In this document: piece by piece, positions 9,887-24,160 of the stretch
Layout: each line of letters begins with the position of its first letter
Position numbering within the stretch: the stretch's first letter is position 1
Program-made: the position numbers and the translations under genes
The notes under the pieces: model-generated
Told to the model about the DNA's origin: nothing
What the model saw: only the letters and a program-made list of their open reading frames with translations
Databases searched by the model: none
Origin: Neolecta irregularis DAH-3
Taxonomy: Eukaryota
DNA: 55,303 nt
Assembly (NCBI GenBank): GCA_001929475.1
Contig: LXFE01003037.1
Span: 1 to 55,303, forward strand
Reading direction: 5' to 3'

Positions 9887-12426
9887 ATGTCGACAGACAT
9901 CGAGGCAACGGACAGCGATACCGAGCAGCATCATGAATCATCCCCACTACTGCCCCAGAGCAGTCCGCAGGCACCCGCACCCGCCCTCCACTGGAACTCG
10001 CTGGCCGCTGCTGCAGTGCTGCTTGTCCTAGCAATCCTGCTTATGGTGGGGTTTGTGGCACCAGTTGTCGCGCACATTTATGCCTCAGAGGCGCTGGATC
10101 TTGATATCTGCAACGTGGCAGTCAAGTCCATCAATGAACACGGTATTGTTCTGGCCATCCGATCCCGTATATATGTCGATACGGCCAAGGTCCATAGCAC
10201 TCTCATACGAGTTCTTGGAAGCCTTGCTACAGCCACATTTGTGCGGTCTGCTTCGATAAAACCTACTACGCTTTCGGTGCACTTACACACCAACGACTCC
10301 TTCCTGGGCTCGGTTACTGTGCCTGCGCTGTCCCTCAAAACAAAGAATCGCTACGAGCAGTTCATCCAATTCGAGAGTGTGGTTTCACTCGGCGATGGTC
10401 ATAGTACTCGTTCTCTGGCCATAGATGTTTTGGAGGGCCGCACCAAAAAGCTTGACGTTGATATCTTTGCCGATGTGCATATCAAAGCAGGGATCCTGCC
10501 ATATCGCCGGTTTGCACTGTCAAACCATTTTGTGACTAGAAGTAGCTACAATATTTGTCATCCTATTCTAATTATCAAGATTCTAATCTTCCCCGCATTC
10601 CAGAACATCACGTAGAACGCATATCAATTACCGATAGCTCCAAACATGCAGGCGAAATCGAGTTCGCTGCCTGGGCCTCCATAGAAAATCCTCTTCCTCT
10701 AACCATCGCAGTACCCTTACTAACTTTCAATACCTTAATCCCCGAATGCGATCCTGACAAGACCATAAAGGTAGCAAATGCTTTCATTCATCCTCTCCAA
10801 GTCTCGAGTGAATCTAAAGTTCATCTTAAAATCCAGGGGCAGATTAACGACCTGCCCGAAGTACTAACATTTCCTTGTAAGGGTACAGGCATATCGCCAA
10901 TCGATCATTATTTATCGTCATACCTCTCGGGCGAGTCAATCAGCTGGCTTGTCCAATTGGAAAAGAATGGAGATCTCCCGTTGTGGTTAAATACAATTCT
11001 TCAGGATCTGGTTGTACCTATTCCAATCCCGGGAAAGAAGATGGAAGATTTGATTCATTCAATTAGTCTTACTGGAGTCAAAATTCGTCTCCCGTCACTG
11101 ACCCTACCGGGAGATGCTCAACCTCCATTGTTGAGCGGGGTGGTTGAAGCTATTATAAATACTCCGGAGGGAGTGAATCTCGCTTTGGACATAGATCGTG
11201 TGAGGCCGGATGTATTGCTGTACGATCAGCAAACGGCATTTGCTCGAATCTCCTGTGAGGAGTGGTCGCATGCAACAATGAAGCCTGGAAAGCGCGGTTA
11301 TCGCCGCCTCGTAGCAGATATGAGTGATATCCCCATCGAGATACTCGATAAACCGACTTTCGAACGCTTTCTTCGCCGAATACTTTTTGAACCAACTGAT
11401 CGGTTTGAGACCTTTATCCAAGGAACTGCCGATGTGCATATAGTGACTGGGCTGGCGGATTTCCTCGTTCGAAAGATTCCTTTCCAGGGGATGGCTGGTA
11501 TCAAAGGTATACTAGATAGCATAAGTGACATTTTTTTGATGCAAAAGGATTCGCTTCATTCTTTCGCGATCTAGACGCTGGGGTTAAAAGTCTTCGTATT
11601 GTTGATTCCTCGGGAGATTCCCTCGCGATTGATGCACTTGTTGCCATAAAAAATCCGACAGATTATTCGTTCAGTATTTCATATCTTGATGTTCATTTCG
11701 TAACCAAGGGCGCAGTTATAGGAAATGGAACTTTAATGGATGTTGAAGTGAGGCCTGGAAGAAACGTTTATTCCGTAAAAGCACAATGGGCACCTCACGC
11801 GCACGGCGGGCCCGATGCCGTCCATAAAAGCTTAGAACTACTTTCCTCATACATATCAGGTGAATTGTTCCTGTCATGATGTTAGCTGAAAAGTAACAGG
11901 TCACAACGAATCAATCGCCCTCAGGTTTCATCGCGATAGCATCCCTTTGATGCCGAATCTCAGCAATGCTATATCCAGTTACGAGATTAGTGTTCCCATG
12001 CCCAAATTACTTAATCAGGACGAGCCTTTTGTTGATTCTGCAACTTTTCATCTTTTAACCTCATCAGCGACATTTGGATTTCACAACCCGTTTCAGACGA
12101 CGCCGATTATGATCAAAGAGATTGATGGAACAGCTTATTATAATGGTTCGATCACAGGAACCATGCAGTATGATCTGCCTTTTGCCATAGACCCAGGTAC
12201 TATCTCCGAGTCACCTAAACTCCCCGTGAAATGGGCTTCTGATAGGTATACATCTCACTATGATTTATGCTGAATTTTGAGTATTGGGTATCGAGCAATT
12301 AGAGATGCGCTCGGTGGGACTTTGAAGCTTGATGGACAAGCAGTGGTCAATATTTCCATCGGGAAGTTTAGTCTTCAATTGAATATCACTGCAGCCAGTA
12401 TTGATTCGCATATCCGAATCTTTTAA
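9887..12426 (+). CDS. Type II membrane protein with LEA2/DUF3712-like repeats (Tag1-like)
   Basis: ESSPLL dileucine-like motif, single N-terminal TM, repeated beta-rich modules (IENPLP, IKNPTD, FHNPF); multi-exon. Confidence 0.65.
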
Positions 12427-12480
12427 AAGAGTTGTTTTTATCGATCTCTGGGTTTATGTAGTGTATTATTTGGATATATA

Positions 12481-13461
12481 TTATCCAGGCGGGAGCATGC
12501 TAGCATCAACTATGTCTTCCGCATCTTTCTCAATGATATCAGCTTCATTGTGATCTAATGGGGCCCGAGGCAATGCCATCATTCCTGTATATCAGTGTAG
12601 CTCCTGTGAATTGGTATACCGCTTCTCGCAGCTTCTAGAATCCCGAATGGCTTCAAAAGATGCATCAGGGCGTCCACTCGAGAGGGTTTAGCACTGAGCT
12701 CGACAATACAAGTGTCAGTGGATATATCGACCACTTTCCCACCAAATTGTCTTGCGAGTGAAGTTACTGCTTGGAGATGTGCGTGCCGATGTCTGAGAGC
12801 TTCCGACGGTGCAAGGTTGACTGGGTGAAAAGCTGCTTTAGACTACTGTGAGCTGAAGTAGAAATCGATATACCTCTACCGGCTCTACCTCTGGAGACGC
12901 GTTTCCTTCGACAACTTCAGCTCTATGATGAGCCAGGAGATCATCAAAATGTTCTGGTCCAAGAATGGAGACTTTACAAAGAAAAAGTTCGCGTTCAACA
13001 ATCCGAGTCTTGGTGTAATCAAGAACGGCCCATACAGGCACGAGATCTTCCAGTTGTCTTCTCGCTTGTTCGATGACCCCATCCGGACCTTTAAGGGCAA
13101 TCGCCATTCGGCTGAGATCCTTGACTTCTGTCGTGCACACGACCAGTGAGTCAATATTAAATCCTCTCGCAGCCAAAATTCCAGACACACGAGAAAGAAC
13201 ACCAGGCTCGTTCTGTACAAGACAGTTCAATACATGGCGCTTGACGGGCGATTCAGCTGAAGTGTTTGGGGTGTTGTAAAGAATGTTTGTAACAGCATCA
13301 GCTGGAGACCACGACGGGGGGTCTATTTTCGGCAGCAGGAGAGGTCTACGGCGATGAATCGCCTTATAAACAAGAGCAGAAGTACTGCTTGAATTGCAGC
13401 GTCGGAAAAAAAGAGTTGCAATTTTGCGCGCGGGAGCCCATGGAGGTGCCGGTGAACGCAT
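12481..13461 (-). CDS. ILV6: Acetolactate synthase regulatory small subunit, mitochondrial
   Basis: HVLNCLVQNEPGVLSRVSGILAARGFNIDSLVVC; C-terminus ...DASMLPPG*. Confidence 0.95.
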
Positions 13462-13667
13462 GCTGTGGATTAGAAAAGGAAGTTCCTCGAGCACAAATTA
13501 GGCCAAGTCTGCTGCTCGAATATACAATGCAGCTATCGGGTTCTCCTCAATTTTCTATTATACAGAGTTTCTCTTTGAGAGACAATATACACAAGTGTTG
13601 TTTGGGCGACGGGAATCTCACCCGCTGGTGGGAAATGTGGGGTTGTCTGGCTTTCATCCACCAAACA

Positions 13668-14219
13668 ATGGATGCTCCCCATAAAGAACCTCGCAGACGG
13701 GAAAGAATGTCAATGACTCCAGTGTCAATGTTCGAGGGTCTTCCAACACCGCCAAAATACTATTCTACACCCGCAACTCCGGGTGTTCTCACACCTCCTC
13801 TTTCTCGTAAACCCAGCGTGTTTTTTAATCCAACGCACGAGTCTGCGGTCGAGAATCAATGGTTCTATCGAAGTGCTGCCAAAGTCGCATCAGAAGGCAT
13901 GGAAGAAAGAGGCGAAAGTTGGATTATACAAGCTGAAGATGATTCTGGAACAGTATATCATTCTGAATCGGATGGACCTAAAAAGAAACATTGGATCGAG
14001 AAGAAAGATGGACGATGGGGGAAATTTGTCGGCAATATCTTGGCCTGGTGGGAAGATGATGATAACGATGTATTAGACGAATTTGCGTATGATAGTGCAC
14101 AAATTGGAAGTCCTGAGAAACGACAAGAGGACGGGGATTGGACGGCAGTCATTGAACCATTTTCAGTTGCAGCATTTATGATAGTGGCCAGTACGAGATT
14201 GGGCAAGTGGTTCCTGTAG
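13668..14219 (+). CDS. Conserved fungal hypothetical protein, possibly DUF3984-like
   Basis: PATPGVL and WFYRSAAKVASEGMEERGESWI resemble motifs I recall for DUF3984; start codon uncertain. Confidence 0.5.
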   Translation: MDAPHKEPRRRERMSMTPVSMFEGLPTPPKYYSTPATPGVLTPPLSRKPSVFFNPTHESAVENQWFYRSAAKVASEGMEERGESWIIQAEDDSGTVYHSESDGPKKKHWIEKKDGRWGKFVGNILAWWEDDDNDVLDEFAYDSAQIGSPEKRQEDGDWTAVIEPFSVAAFMIVASTRLGKWFL

Positions 14220-14394
14220 TTAGCAATATCAGTGGTCATCATTTCCTACTAGCTGAATAGACCATGACATACGCATATCATCATTGCTAAATAACCACAG
14301 ACGCTACTAGCACCGGACCAAAAACGAACCAATGACAACCCTTTAAGCACCACATACAATGATCTAAATGCAGAAACCAGTCCATCTGGCGAAA

Positions 14395-15323
14395 TCAAGC
14401 CCGCATACCCGTGTCAAACCCAAAAGTTCTATACTGAACCTCGAATGTATGATCCAACCCTGAATCATGCAAGATCTTGATAGCTCCTACAAGTTTATGG
14501 CCTGTGGATTTATGATGGTTTTCGATTTTAGCTGGCCATCCTGCTGACATGAACGAAATACCCCCGCTATGCTTTAGGGCTTCTGTAATGCACAAAACCC
14601 ACGCATTGTCTAGTTCGGCATACGCTTGGGATTTCTGAATGTTGTGGAGTTTATTGTGAAAGTCTGGAATGCGTTGAACGATTGACGTGATTCCTTCCAC
14701 AAATACAAGTGAGTTGTTGATATGCTTTTCATTGGGGGGTAGGAAATGAGGAGTATAGTCGCTCAACGCTGACATTAGGTTCAGTAGAGTTCCCCGTACA
14801 CGGTTGTATGAGTAATCATTGGCTGGATCTCCACCATAAGGGAAAGCCTGACGAAAGTCATTCTCTAGTCGTTGGATGGATGATAACGCTGAAGAAACAG
14901 TAATTGGCGGAATAATTGAGATGACTTCTTGCTGCAGAGATAGATTTCGTTCGCATAGTTCTTTGAGTAATGAGCGAAGAGTGCTTGTATCCAAATGTTC
15001 TATGAGACGTGACAACGGAAGGGACGAGCCAGCTGCTTGACATCGATGACGTTTGTAGCTAGTTGGGGAAGATGATAATGATCTGGCAGTGAAAAGAGGA
15101 GAAGACATCTCAGAATCGTCTTGAGAAGCTTTTCGTTTCTTGCCTATGGATTCAATGGGAGATCTGAGTGCAGGGCAATACCTTTTGGCTGGACTGAAGA
15201 CTGTTGAGACTGAATACTGTGCAGAGAAATTGCATTGAAAGCAGGAGAGCCAGCTCGTAAAGCGTATGAAGAATTCAAAGCAGAGAAAGGATTCGATACA
15301 GGCGAAGGCTGGATGTCGCTCAT
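14395..15323 (-). CDS. STS1: Nuclear proteasome tether Sts1/Cut8
   Basis: KKRKA NLS, LPLSRLIEHLD, FPYGGDPANDYSYNRVR, DYTPHFLPPNE; one intron near 15144-15181. Confidence 0.9.
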
Positions 15324-16153
15324 AAGAGGCAAGGAAGCGTTGATGGTGGTGAACGAAGTGGTATCTGTAAATAGTAGGGCCACGAGCAAGATCTTATTCA
15401 AAATACATAGTTTGATCGTATCTTTGATAAAACTTCACTCCAAGAATATTCTGAAAAACAATATGCCCAGAAGAGCCTTAGCCGCCTATGAGGTGCAACA
15501 AGATTTTTTTAACGAGTTTATTGACGTGGGTGGAAACACCAAATAATAATCATTGTCTTGCATTCGAATACAACAGTCTTGCTTTGAAGAGCCAGAAGAA
15601 AAACACGCCACTATTTCTCAAATACATCAAACTTGGCAAAAACAACCAGCGATATCGAACAACCTTTGTCCATTCCAGGTGGACAGAAAGTCTTTCTGCT
15701 AGTTATCATCCTGCTCGCCCTCTTTGCATTTTTCCCGGGGTTCCCTTCCTTGCCTTCGCTTAGTTTGCCTGCCAGTTCTGCCGACCTGCTCCGTAGCGCA
15801 GATATCCAGGGCCAATATATGCGCAGCGCTTGGTCGAGCGCGAGACTTGAGTGTTTAAGACCACCGCCATCATATTTAATTTGGAGCTGCGTCATCTCCC
15901 TCCCCTAACCTCAAGGAAGCTGTCATATCATATTCATTTGCCGTCGCATAGCTGAGCAGATAACGCGAGACGTTGCTTCTTTTCGCGGGCAATTCTTTTG
16001 TGTTTCTCGTACGTTTCGCTTCCATCGCTTGATTTGATGTCTCTTAAATTTAGCTGACTTCGATAGCTCCCTTTAATTTGTGTCTGCGATACTTATAAAA
16101 CCCTCTCATTCTCCTCTCTTCGAGCAGCCCCCTCGATCTCGCCCTTCCTGCTC

Positions 16154-17996
16154 ATGAATCATTTTACCAACTATGACCTCCCCGACTCCGTTTCGGATGA
16201 AATTGTCAACTCGGACACTGGAGAACAGTATCAAGTGTATGACAAAATCCACCACGGCGCAGAGAGTACAGTCTTTGCTGTTAAGAACTCGAAAGGTCGC
16301 GAGCTTGCTGTCAAGCGCCTGGATAAGAATGTTGAAGGCACAGATCGCTCGAAGATTTGTCAGAACGAGGTATCGTCGTCATGATGTCAAAGTATCACGT
16401 TGAACTTATTTAGGCTAAAATTCACGCTTCGCTTCCCGCTCATCCTGGGATCTGCAAGGTCTTCTCAACGTGGTCTGATAGTAATTACGTTTACATTGCC
16501 CTTGAAAGGCTGCATGGACCAAATTTGTATCAATGGCGCTGGAGCAGTCACCAGGTGTCGACATCTCGATCATCTTCAACCCAAGCAGAGATGATTAAGG
16601 ATATCTTTCTACAAATTCTTGATGTTGTCGGCGTAGTACACGCTGCTGGAGTTGCACATCGGGATCTTCAGCCATCAAATTTCATCATCACCATGGATAC
16701 CAAGGGAAACCCCGTTGTGAAGCTTGTCGATTTCGGAAATGCCACTCGTGATACAGTGTCCAGAAACTTTGACGTTGGATCGTTGGCTTTCATGCCATAT
16801 GGTGAAGTTCTCTTGTTCTTTTGTAGACTCACGTCATAGAATGTCGTTCCAAGAACTTTTTCACATATCAGACGACAGTTGCCGACATCTGGACTCTGGG
16901 AATCGTATTCCTTTTCCTAACATTCGGAAAGTATCCCTGGGACGATCCCCATATCTCCGATGATCACTTCGCTGCCTACATCTACGATTCAAAACTTTTT
17001 TTCAGAAGGATGTATCCTGAGCTTACCCCGAAAGCTGCTGGTTATCTCGTCGAAAACATTTTTACCTGGAAGCCGACACAAAGAGCACCTCTCTACGAGT
17101 TTCGATCATGGGCAGTGCGTTTAGATGACACTGTCTACGGCGCTACTAATCCTGCGAATAAACCCTCGGCCTCGATACTTTTGCAAGATTCGCCAACGCT
17201 CAACTCCAGTCACAAAGCTTCAATAGATTACTCTGATTCTGGCTTGTCGTCCATGGAGGTGGATTCTATATCAAGTCGACCAGCTGTAACGGTCCCATCA
17301 ACTTTTTCATGGTCTGTTAAGGATTCTATCCGTTCGTCTGTGCCCTCTATATCTCACTCACCTACCTTGTCTTATCTTACATCTAATGATTCTCCATCGC
17401 CGATTACTGGTAGACGTCTCCACACTAACCGTCAGTCGATCATCTCCTCACATCCCAGTGAATATACGGTAGGCACGAACGAATCTTTTCGATCGGAGGG
17501 TTCATCACAAGTAGGTCGCGAAATACCTTGTCCAGAAGGTCATCGCAATATCAATATGACTCTATCTCAAAAATATCAAGCTCCTACCCGTCGTGGTCAG
17601 TTCGAGCCAGATCTCGCCCTTGTGTCTGATATGATCAGCACGAGCTGGGCACAAAATTATGCGAAGCCTAAGACCAGCAGCTCTAGGTTACGCCAAACGC
17701 CTAACATCCCTGCGGCCGTTGAAGAGGAATCTTCTGAAGCTTCTGATAAGACAGGTCCGAAACGGAAAAAACAACGGTCAAAGCGATGGAAGGCCTTAAG
17801 TCCTGAGCTTCGCAAGCTTAAAAGCCTGGGGTTACCGTTACCTCCAAAGGGCGAGACGGAACCAGAACCCGAGGCGAAGAAGAAGGAACCTTCTCGTCTG
17901 AAAAAGACTCTTTCAATTCTCTCTTCCTCAAGCACAGAATCGAAAGGTCTCTGGAAAAGTATGAGAGAAAAGATCGGACGAAAGAAAGACGATTAG
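16154..17996 (+). CDS. Divergent Ran1/Pat1-like Ser/Thr protein kinase with long Ser-rich tail
   Basis: LAVK, HRDLQPSN, VKLVDFG, DVGSLAFMPYEC, ADIWTLG, GKYPW; two short introns. Confidence 0.8.
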
Positions 17997-18266
17997 AAAA
18001 AAGGTTTATCAGTTAACACTACGACCGCTCATTCATCTATCATTTTGGAGTTGTACTTTTGACATCTTGGGTCCTTTAGTTTGCCTATTATTACTTTTAG
18101 GTTTCTCAACGGGTTTAGGGACGGATAGGAGTTTGAGACATTCTATAGCGAGCATATCTGTAGGGTTGATGGAATAGCATCACCATATTTTTGTTCATAA
18201 GTGGCCCCTCGCTAGGAAGATGTATTGAGTTTGTAAAACAAGCGTGAACTAGAATGCACTTAGTAT

Positions 18267-19494
18267 TTAGTTTAATAAAAGCGCGGCTGATGGAAGGAGC
18301 CCTATATGTTTAGTAGACTAATTGTAATGTAAGAGTCAAAAACCTAATTCTCTTAAAGTTTTGTTCCTCTCACTCTCAGTGAAAACCTTTTTCGGGAATG
18401 TTAGAGTAAACGTGGCATGCTGCGCAGGAACTCCACTCTGCGGCTCGATCTTTTGAGCGACCTCCAATAACGTCTCAGTCGCATCGTATGTACCAGAAAA
18501 TGTCTTCCCATTCATACGGAATTGTAAACGCGCCGTAGTTCCGAAGCCAGATTTCATAGCTGAGATAGGTTCTTTAATTACAGCTGAGGTTGTTGAATAC
18601 GGAATTCCACTACGAGCAAGTTTCTCTTTTTCGATCTATGTTTTAAGTGATAATATGACGAGATATGCATACCTTTTCCCTCCTGATGATTTTATCTGCT
18701 TCAATTTGCTCTTTGATTCTCTTCTTCGCGAGAATTTCTTGCTCGCGTTCCCTCTTCTTCTTCTCAACCTCTTTAAGAGCAGCAATCTTCTTTTGCTCTT
18801 CAATCAGAGCCGCACTTTCTGCATCTTTTTTTCGCCGAATTGTCTTGATAAATCAGTGATTGAAATTCTGGCAAATACCTCATTGCGCTTCTCAGCTTCC
18901 CTATCTTGTAGGGCCTGAGTTGTCAATGTGTTCATTCATTCAAATCGAGAGTAGTACCTCAAAAGCACGCTTCTGGGCGAGCTTCTGTCTCAAATCTTCG
19001 AGTTTTAATTTCTTCTCTTCCTCAGTGAGCGGATTGATCTTGTGGATAAGCTATTTGTCTTCAGTTCGGGCGTGCACCTCCTCAGTACTCTCTGCGAACT
19101 TCTCATGTCCACTTTTTGACGCATGGAATTCTGCTTGGGCAGTTCCTTTGAACCGCTTCCCGCATTCAGAACATTGGAGACTTTTGGCTTCAGCGCTTCC
19201 AAGCATATTCATTTCTGTATCGTTCGATGCGTCATCGGCCTCAATGTCCTTTACATCATCCCTGTTGTCACCGCTTTCTAAGTGAAAGATATGTTCTTTT
19301 GCAGGATCTGTAAGCAATGTAATTGCATCCTGGAGACTACTTGTCTTCCTAGTGAAGTAAGCGGAGTCCGATCCTGGTGTGGCAACTTGAGAGCAACCTC
19401 GACTCGATTGACCGGGAAACCCTTGTTTATTAGTATATGGAGATGTTTATAGACACACCATGTCAATCAATGCCTCCTTATCGCTCATACCCAT
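18267..19494 (-). CDS. UBA / C2H2 / coiled-coil / UBX domain protein (UBXN1-like Cdc48 adaptor)
   Basis: LIDMGFPVNRVEVAL (UBA), CSECGKRF...HASKSGH, ARLQFR...TFPKKVF...TLRELGLLPSAALL (UBX). Confidence 0.88.
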
Positions 19495-19584
19495 GGTTAA
19501 ATTACTGGCGATGCCTTGTTGGGGTTGCTTGATTGGTGTTTCATCCCGGACGTCACTCCTTCCGGTTTATCTTGCCATTATCGC

Positions 19585-20478
19585 ATGCCATCTCGTTCAT
19601 CTCCAAGAATGGTAACCAGAGGGCACCGGCACCGCTCAACCGCTTCAATGTCCAAAATTCCTGTATATATTAATTGGTATCTATAACCCTATCGATTTGT
19701 CTGCTTACTACTCTAGTTACGATCTTCTACCACCCTCGTTCTTTGTGAACCTTGGCTATCGTTTGGGTACGCAAACACTGCGGAACAACACAATTTTACA
19801 CAAAGGACTTGGAATTTGGCATACAGGTCTGGAAATTGATGGTAGAGGTACACACTTTCATCCCGAGGGCTGTGATTGAATACAGAATACGCATTTGGTG
19901 GACACGACTTGCCTGGGACTGGGGTCTTCAAAACCAAACCTAGGAGTAGGTTTCTTGAGTGTTTCTGTTTCCTAACGTTTAAAGCTCCTCCGCCTGGGAC
20001 ATATTATCGAGCAACAATACTTCATGGCTTCACAGTATAAAATCGCTGATATGGCAATCTCACTCATGCCATAGTTTGCCACAAAAGAGGATATTCAAAA
20101 GTTAGTATCAAGCGTGTCGGAGGACTTTCCTGGTCGATCTTATAATCTTCTTACAAGGTAATAATCTATTCTGAACATAAGAGTTGATGATTCTCAAAGA
20201 AATTGCGTTCATTTCACCTCAGCCTTGGCTCAGCGTAGGTTTCAACATAGCCAGGGTCTAATAGTATAGGCTTATGTAGCAAGCCAACGCCCGGCTGGAT
20301 GAATTTCGCCGCTCGCCTTGGTTCAGCCATACCGTGCGTGGTGCCGAGTTGGATTTTACCTGATTTTGCTTCTGATGATGAAGCCGAAAATGAGAGGGAA
20401 GCGATGATAAGACAGCTTCCGCCCTCTGAATTGGCACCTATGCAGCCTGTACAGGATGGAAGATCTGCAGAAGTTTGA
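19585..20478 (+). CDS. PPPDE/DeSI-family deubiquitinase or desumoylase
   Basis: YDLLPP, GIWHTGLEIDGREYAFGGH, YNLLTRNCVHF catalytic His/Cys motifs. Confidence 0.9.
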
Positions 20479-20709
20479 AGTGCTAGGTTCCTATTTTTTT
20501 AAGGAGGAAATCGGGTACTGGATGGGCATTCTTTGAGGAATATAATATTGGATATTTTGCAGCCTTCCTGTTTTGATTATTATATATGGCATAAGCGAAA
20601 TACATGTTTCGATGGCAATGTAGTACTACTATTCGTCAGCGCTTGTTTGGGTGCGACATTCACGAGTCAACCACTTTTATATTTCGCCTTGCCCACATTC
20701 GTATCTACT

Positions 20710-21766
20710 ATGTCGGTTGAATTGAATCCATCTTCCCAGCTCGAGTTCCATCGTGATTCTGCTTGAAGATGCTACGTAAATGCTTATCTTAAAGGACCCT
20801 TTACGCAGATCGTTAAGGAGACTTTGACAATCAAAAATCCCCATAGCTCACCGGTTGCCTTCAAGGTCAAGACCACCGCTCCGAAGTATCTGAAATGTTG
20901 CCCGGATGTACTGATGGCCAGGCAATACTGTGTTCGCCCAAATTCTGGCCGGATTGAAGCCGGACAGGATATCCAGGTTCAAGGCACGTCATACCTCTTC
21001 CGAATATTTTCATATCTAACGCTCGCAGTCATTCTTCAAGCCATGCGCGAGGAGCCACCGGCTGACTTCAAATGTCGCGACAAGTTTCTTATTCAATCTG
21101 CAATCATTACTGCGGATCAAGAAAGCGCGAATCTTTCTGACTTTGTAATGACCTGTCTTAAGAATTGATTAACCTCTCTTAGTGGACCCATATTGAAAAG
21201 ACCGCGAAGGAAAGTATTGCCGAACGTAAGATCCGATGTCATTATCTTTCCTCAGACGAGGGCTCGAATCCCACCAATAGCACCACGGTCGAGAGCGGTG
21301 ATGGTGATGTACCAACCACTTTACGAATAATACAAACTACTTAGGAATCTCGAACTACTAATGCCCCGTCTTCGCCGCCTCCATATACGCCGGCTCGTAA
21401 CTCGACTATCTCAAGATCTCAACGGACTTTGGAATCTCCTACGACGCAGGATACTACAGAACCTGCTGACGTCCAGCCAGACCCAAGAGCTGACGATTCT
21501 TTACAAACTGCACTAGACCAGGCCAATGCCGAAATTTCTCATCTAAGAACACTATTGATAGATGCTCGGAAAAAGCTGAAAGCTGCAGAGAAGAAAGCAG
21601 AAGACAGAAAAAATCGTCTTTCCACCGGTCTAGTTAGCCAAAAGATACATGCTGCTCCAGAGGGTGTGCCCGTCCAGTTGGCAGCCGCGTTGTGTTTGCT
21701 TGTATGTTTTCTATGCCTTTTCAGACTGATGAATAGGCATTTTTCCTATCGTATTTCTTCTTCTGA
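20710..21766 (+). CDS. SCS2: VAMP-associated protein (MSP domain, tail-anchored)
   Basis: VAFKVKTTAPKQYCVRPNSG, CRDKFLIQS, coiled coil, C-terminal TM. Confidence 0.93.
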
Positions 21767-22470
21767 GTTCCCAGCATTGATATTTTGGCAATTCATTAAG
21801 CTTGGGTCTATTTGATTTGACATTTCTCTTCGGCAACGATCTTATAACACACCCCATCCGTATTTTGCTTCTTTAAGTTTGCAAGCAGGTTTTTTATCAA
21901 TTTCCATCCTTCCAATAATGAAGACAAGTTAGACAAGTTTGGAATACTTCAATCTCTCTTGATACAAAGCCACTTCCCAATATATGTCTGGCACCGCCTT
22001 TGGGAGGAACACAGTGATAACCATCCTTCTCCATGCATGCCGGGTATCAAGAAAACAAGGTTCTTTCAAAGATTAGGCCGTTTGTCTTTCTTAGAAAATA
22101 GACTTGGAGGTCGTGAAAGTTAGCGACAATGTCTGACAAATTATTCGATTTTCCCCAGCTCCAACATTGTGAGTGGATATAAATTTATCAAGCGCTTAAA
22201 CGTTGTGAAATAAGTTTGTTCTCAGTAAATAACAATGAAAGCCATATGTTCTGATGAAGCTACTTTGAGTTCATTTGAAAGCCCATGTGGAGGAGACAAA
22301 AGCTAGGCAGGTATTTTGCATTGCATGCACACTGAACGTGAGGAGTATGAACTCTGTACAATGTTTCTCCCTGAGAGGGAAACAACCAACTATGAAATCT
22401 ACATCAAATGGTGATATCCTTGAAGTCTACAACATCTGTGCTTCAATCCAGGGGGTTCAATTGAAGAAGT

Positions 22471-24056
<1,586 letters not shown>

Positions 24057-24160
24057 TGTGGATCGTATATCTGGCGGTTGATGCAAGAGGAATAAAGAGT
24101 GTACACGTGACCGGCATGAGACGCCTTGGCTCTGGTGATTGTTGTTGGATAGAACGATCG

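Noticed and set aside
15235-15908. ORFs 15235-15546, 15488-15763, 15611-15895 and 15633-15908
   Set aside because: Short, partly non-ATG starts or antisense to STS1, and no recognisable motifs
21800-22460. Hidden gene between SCS2 and MAP2
   Set aside because: Only a short TTG-start ORF without motifs; consistent with convergent 3' UTRs
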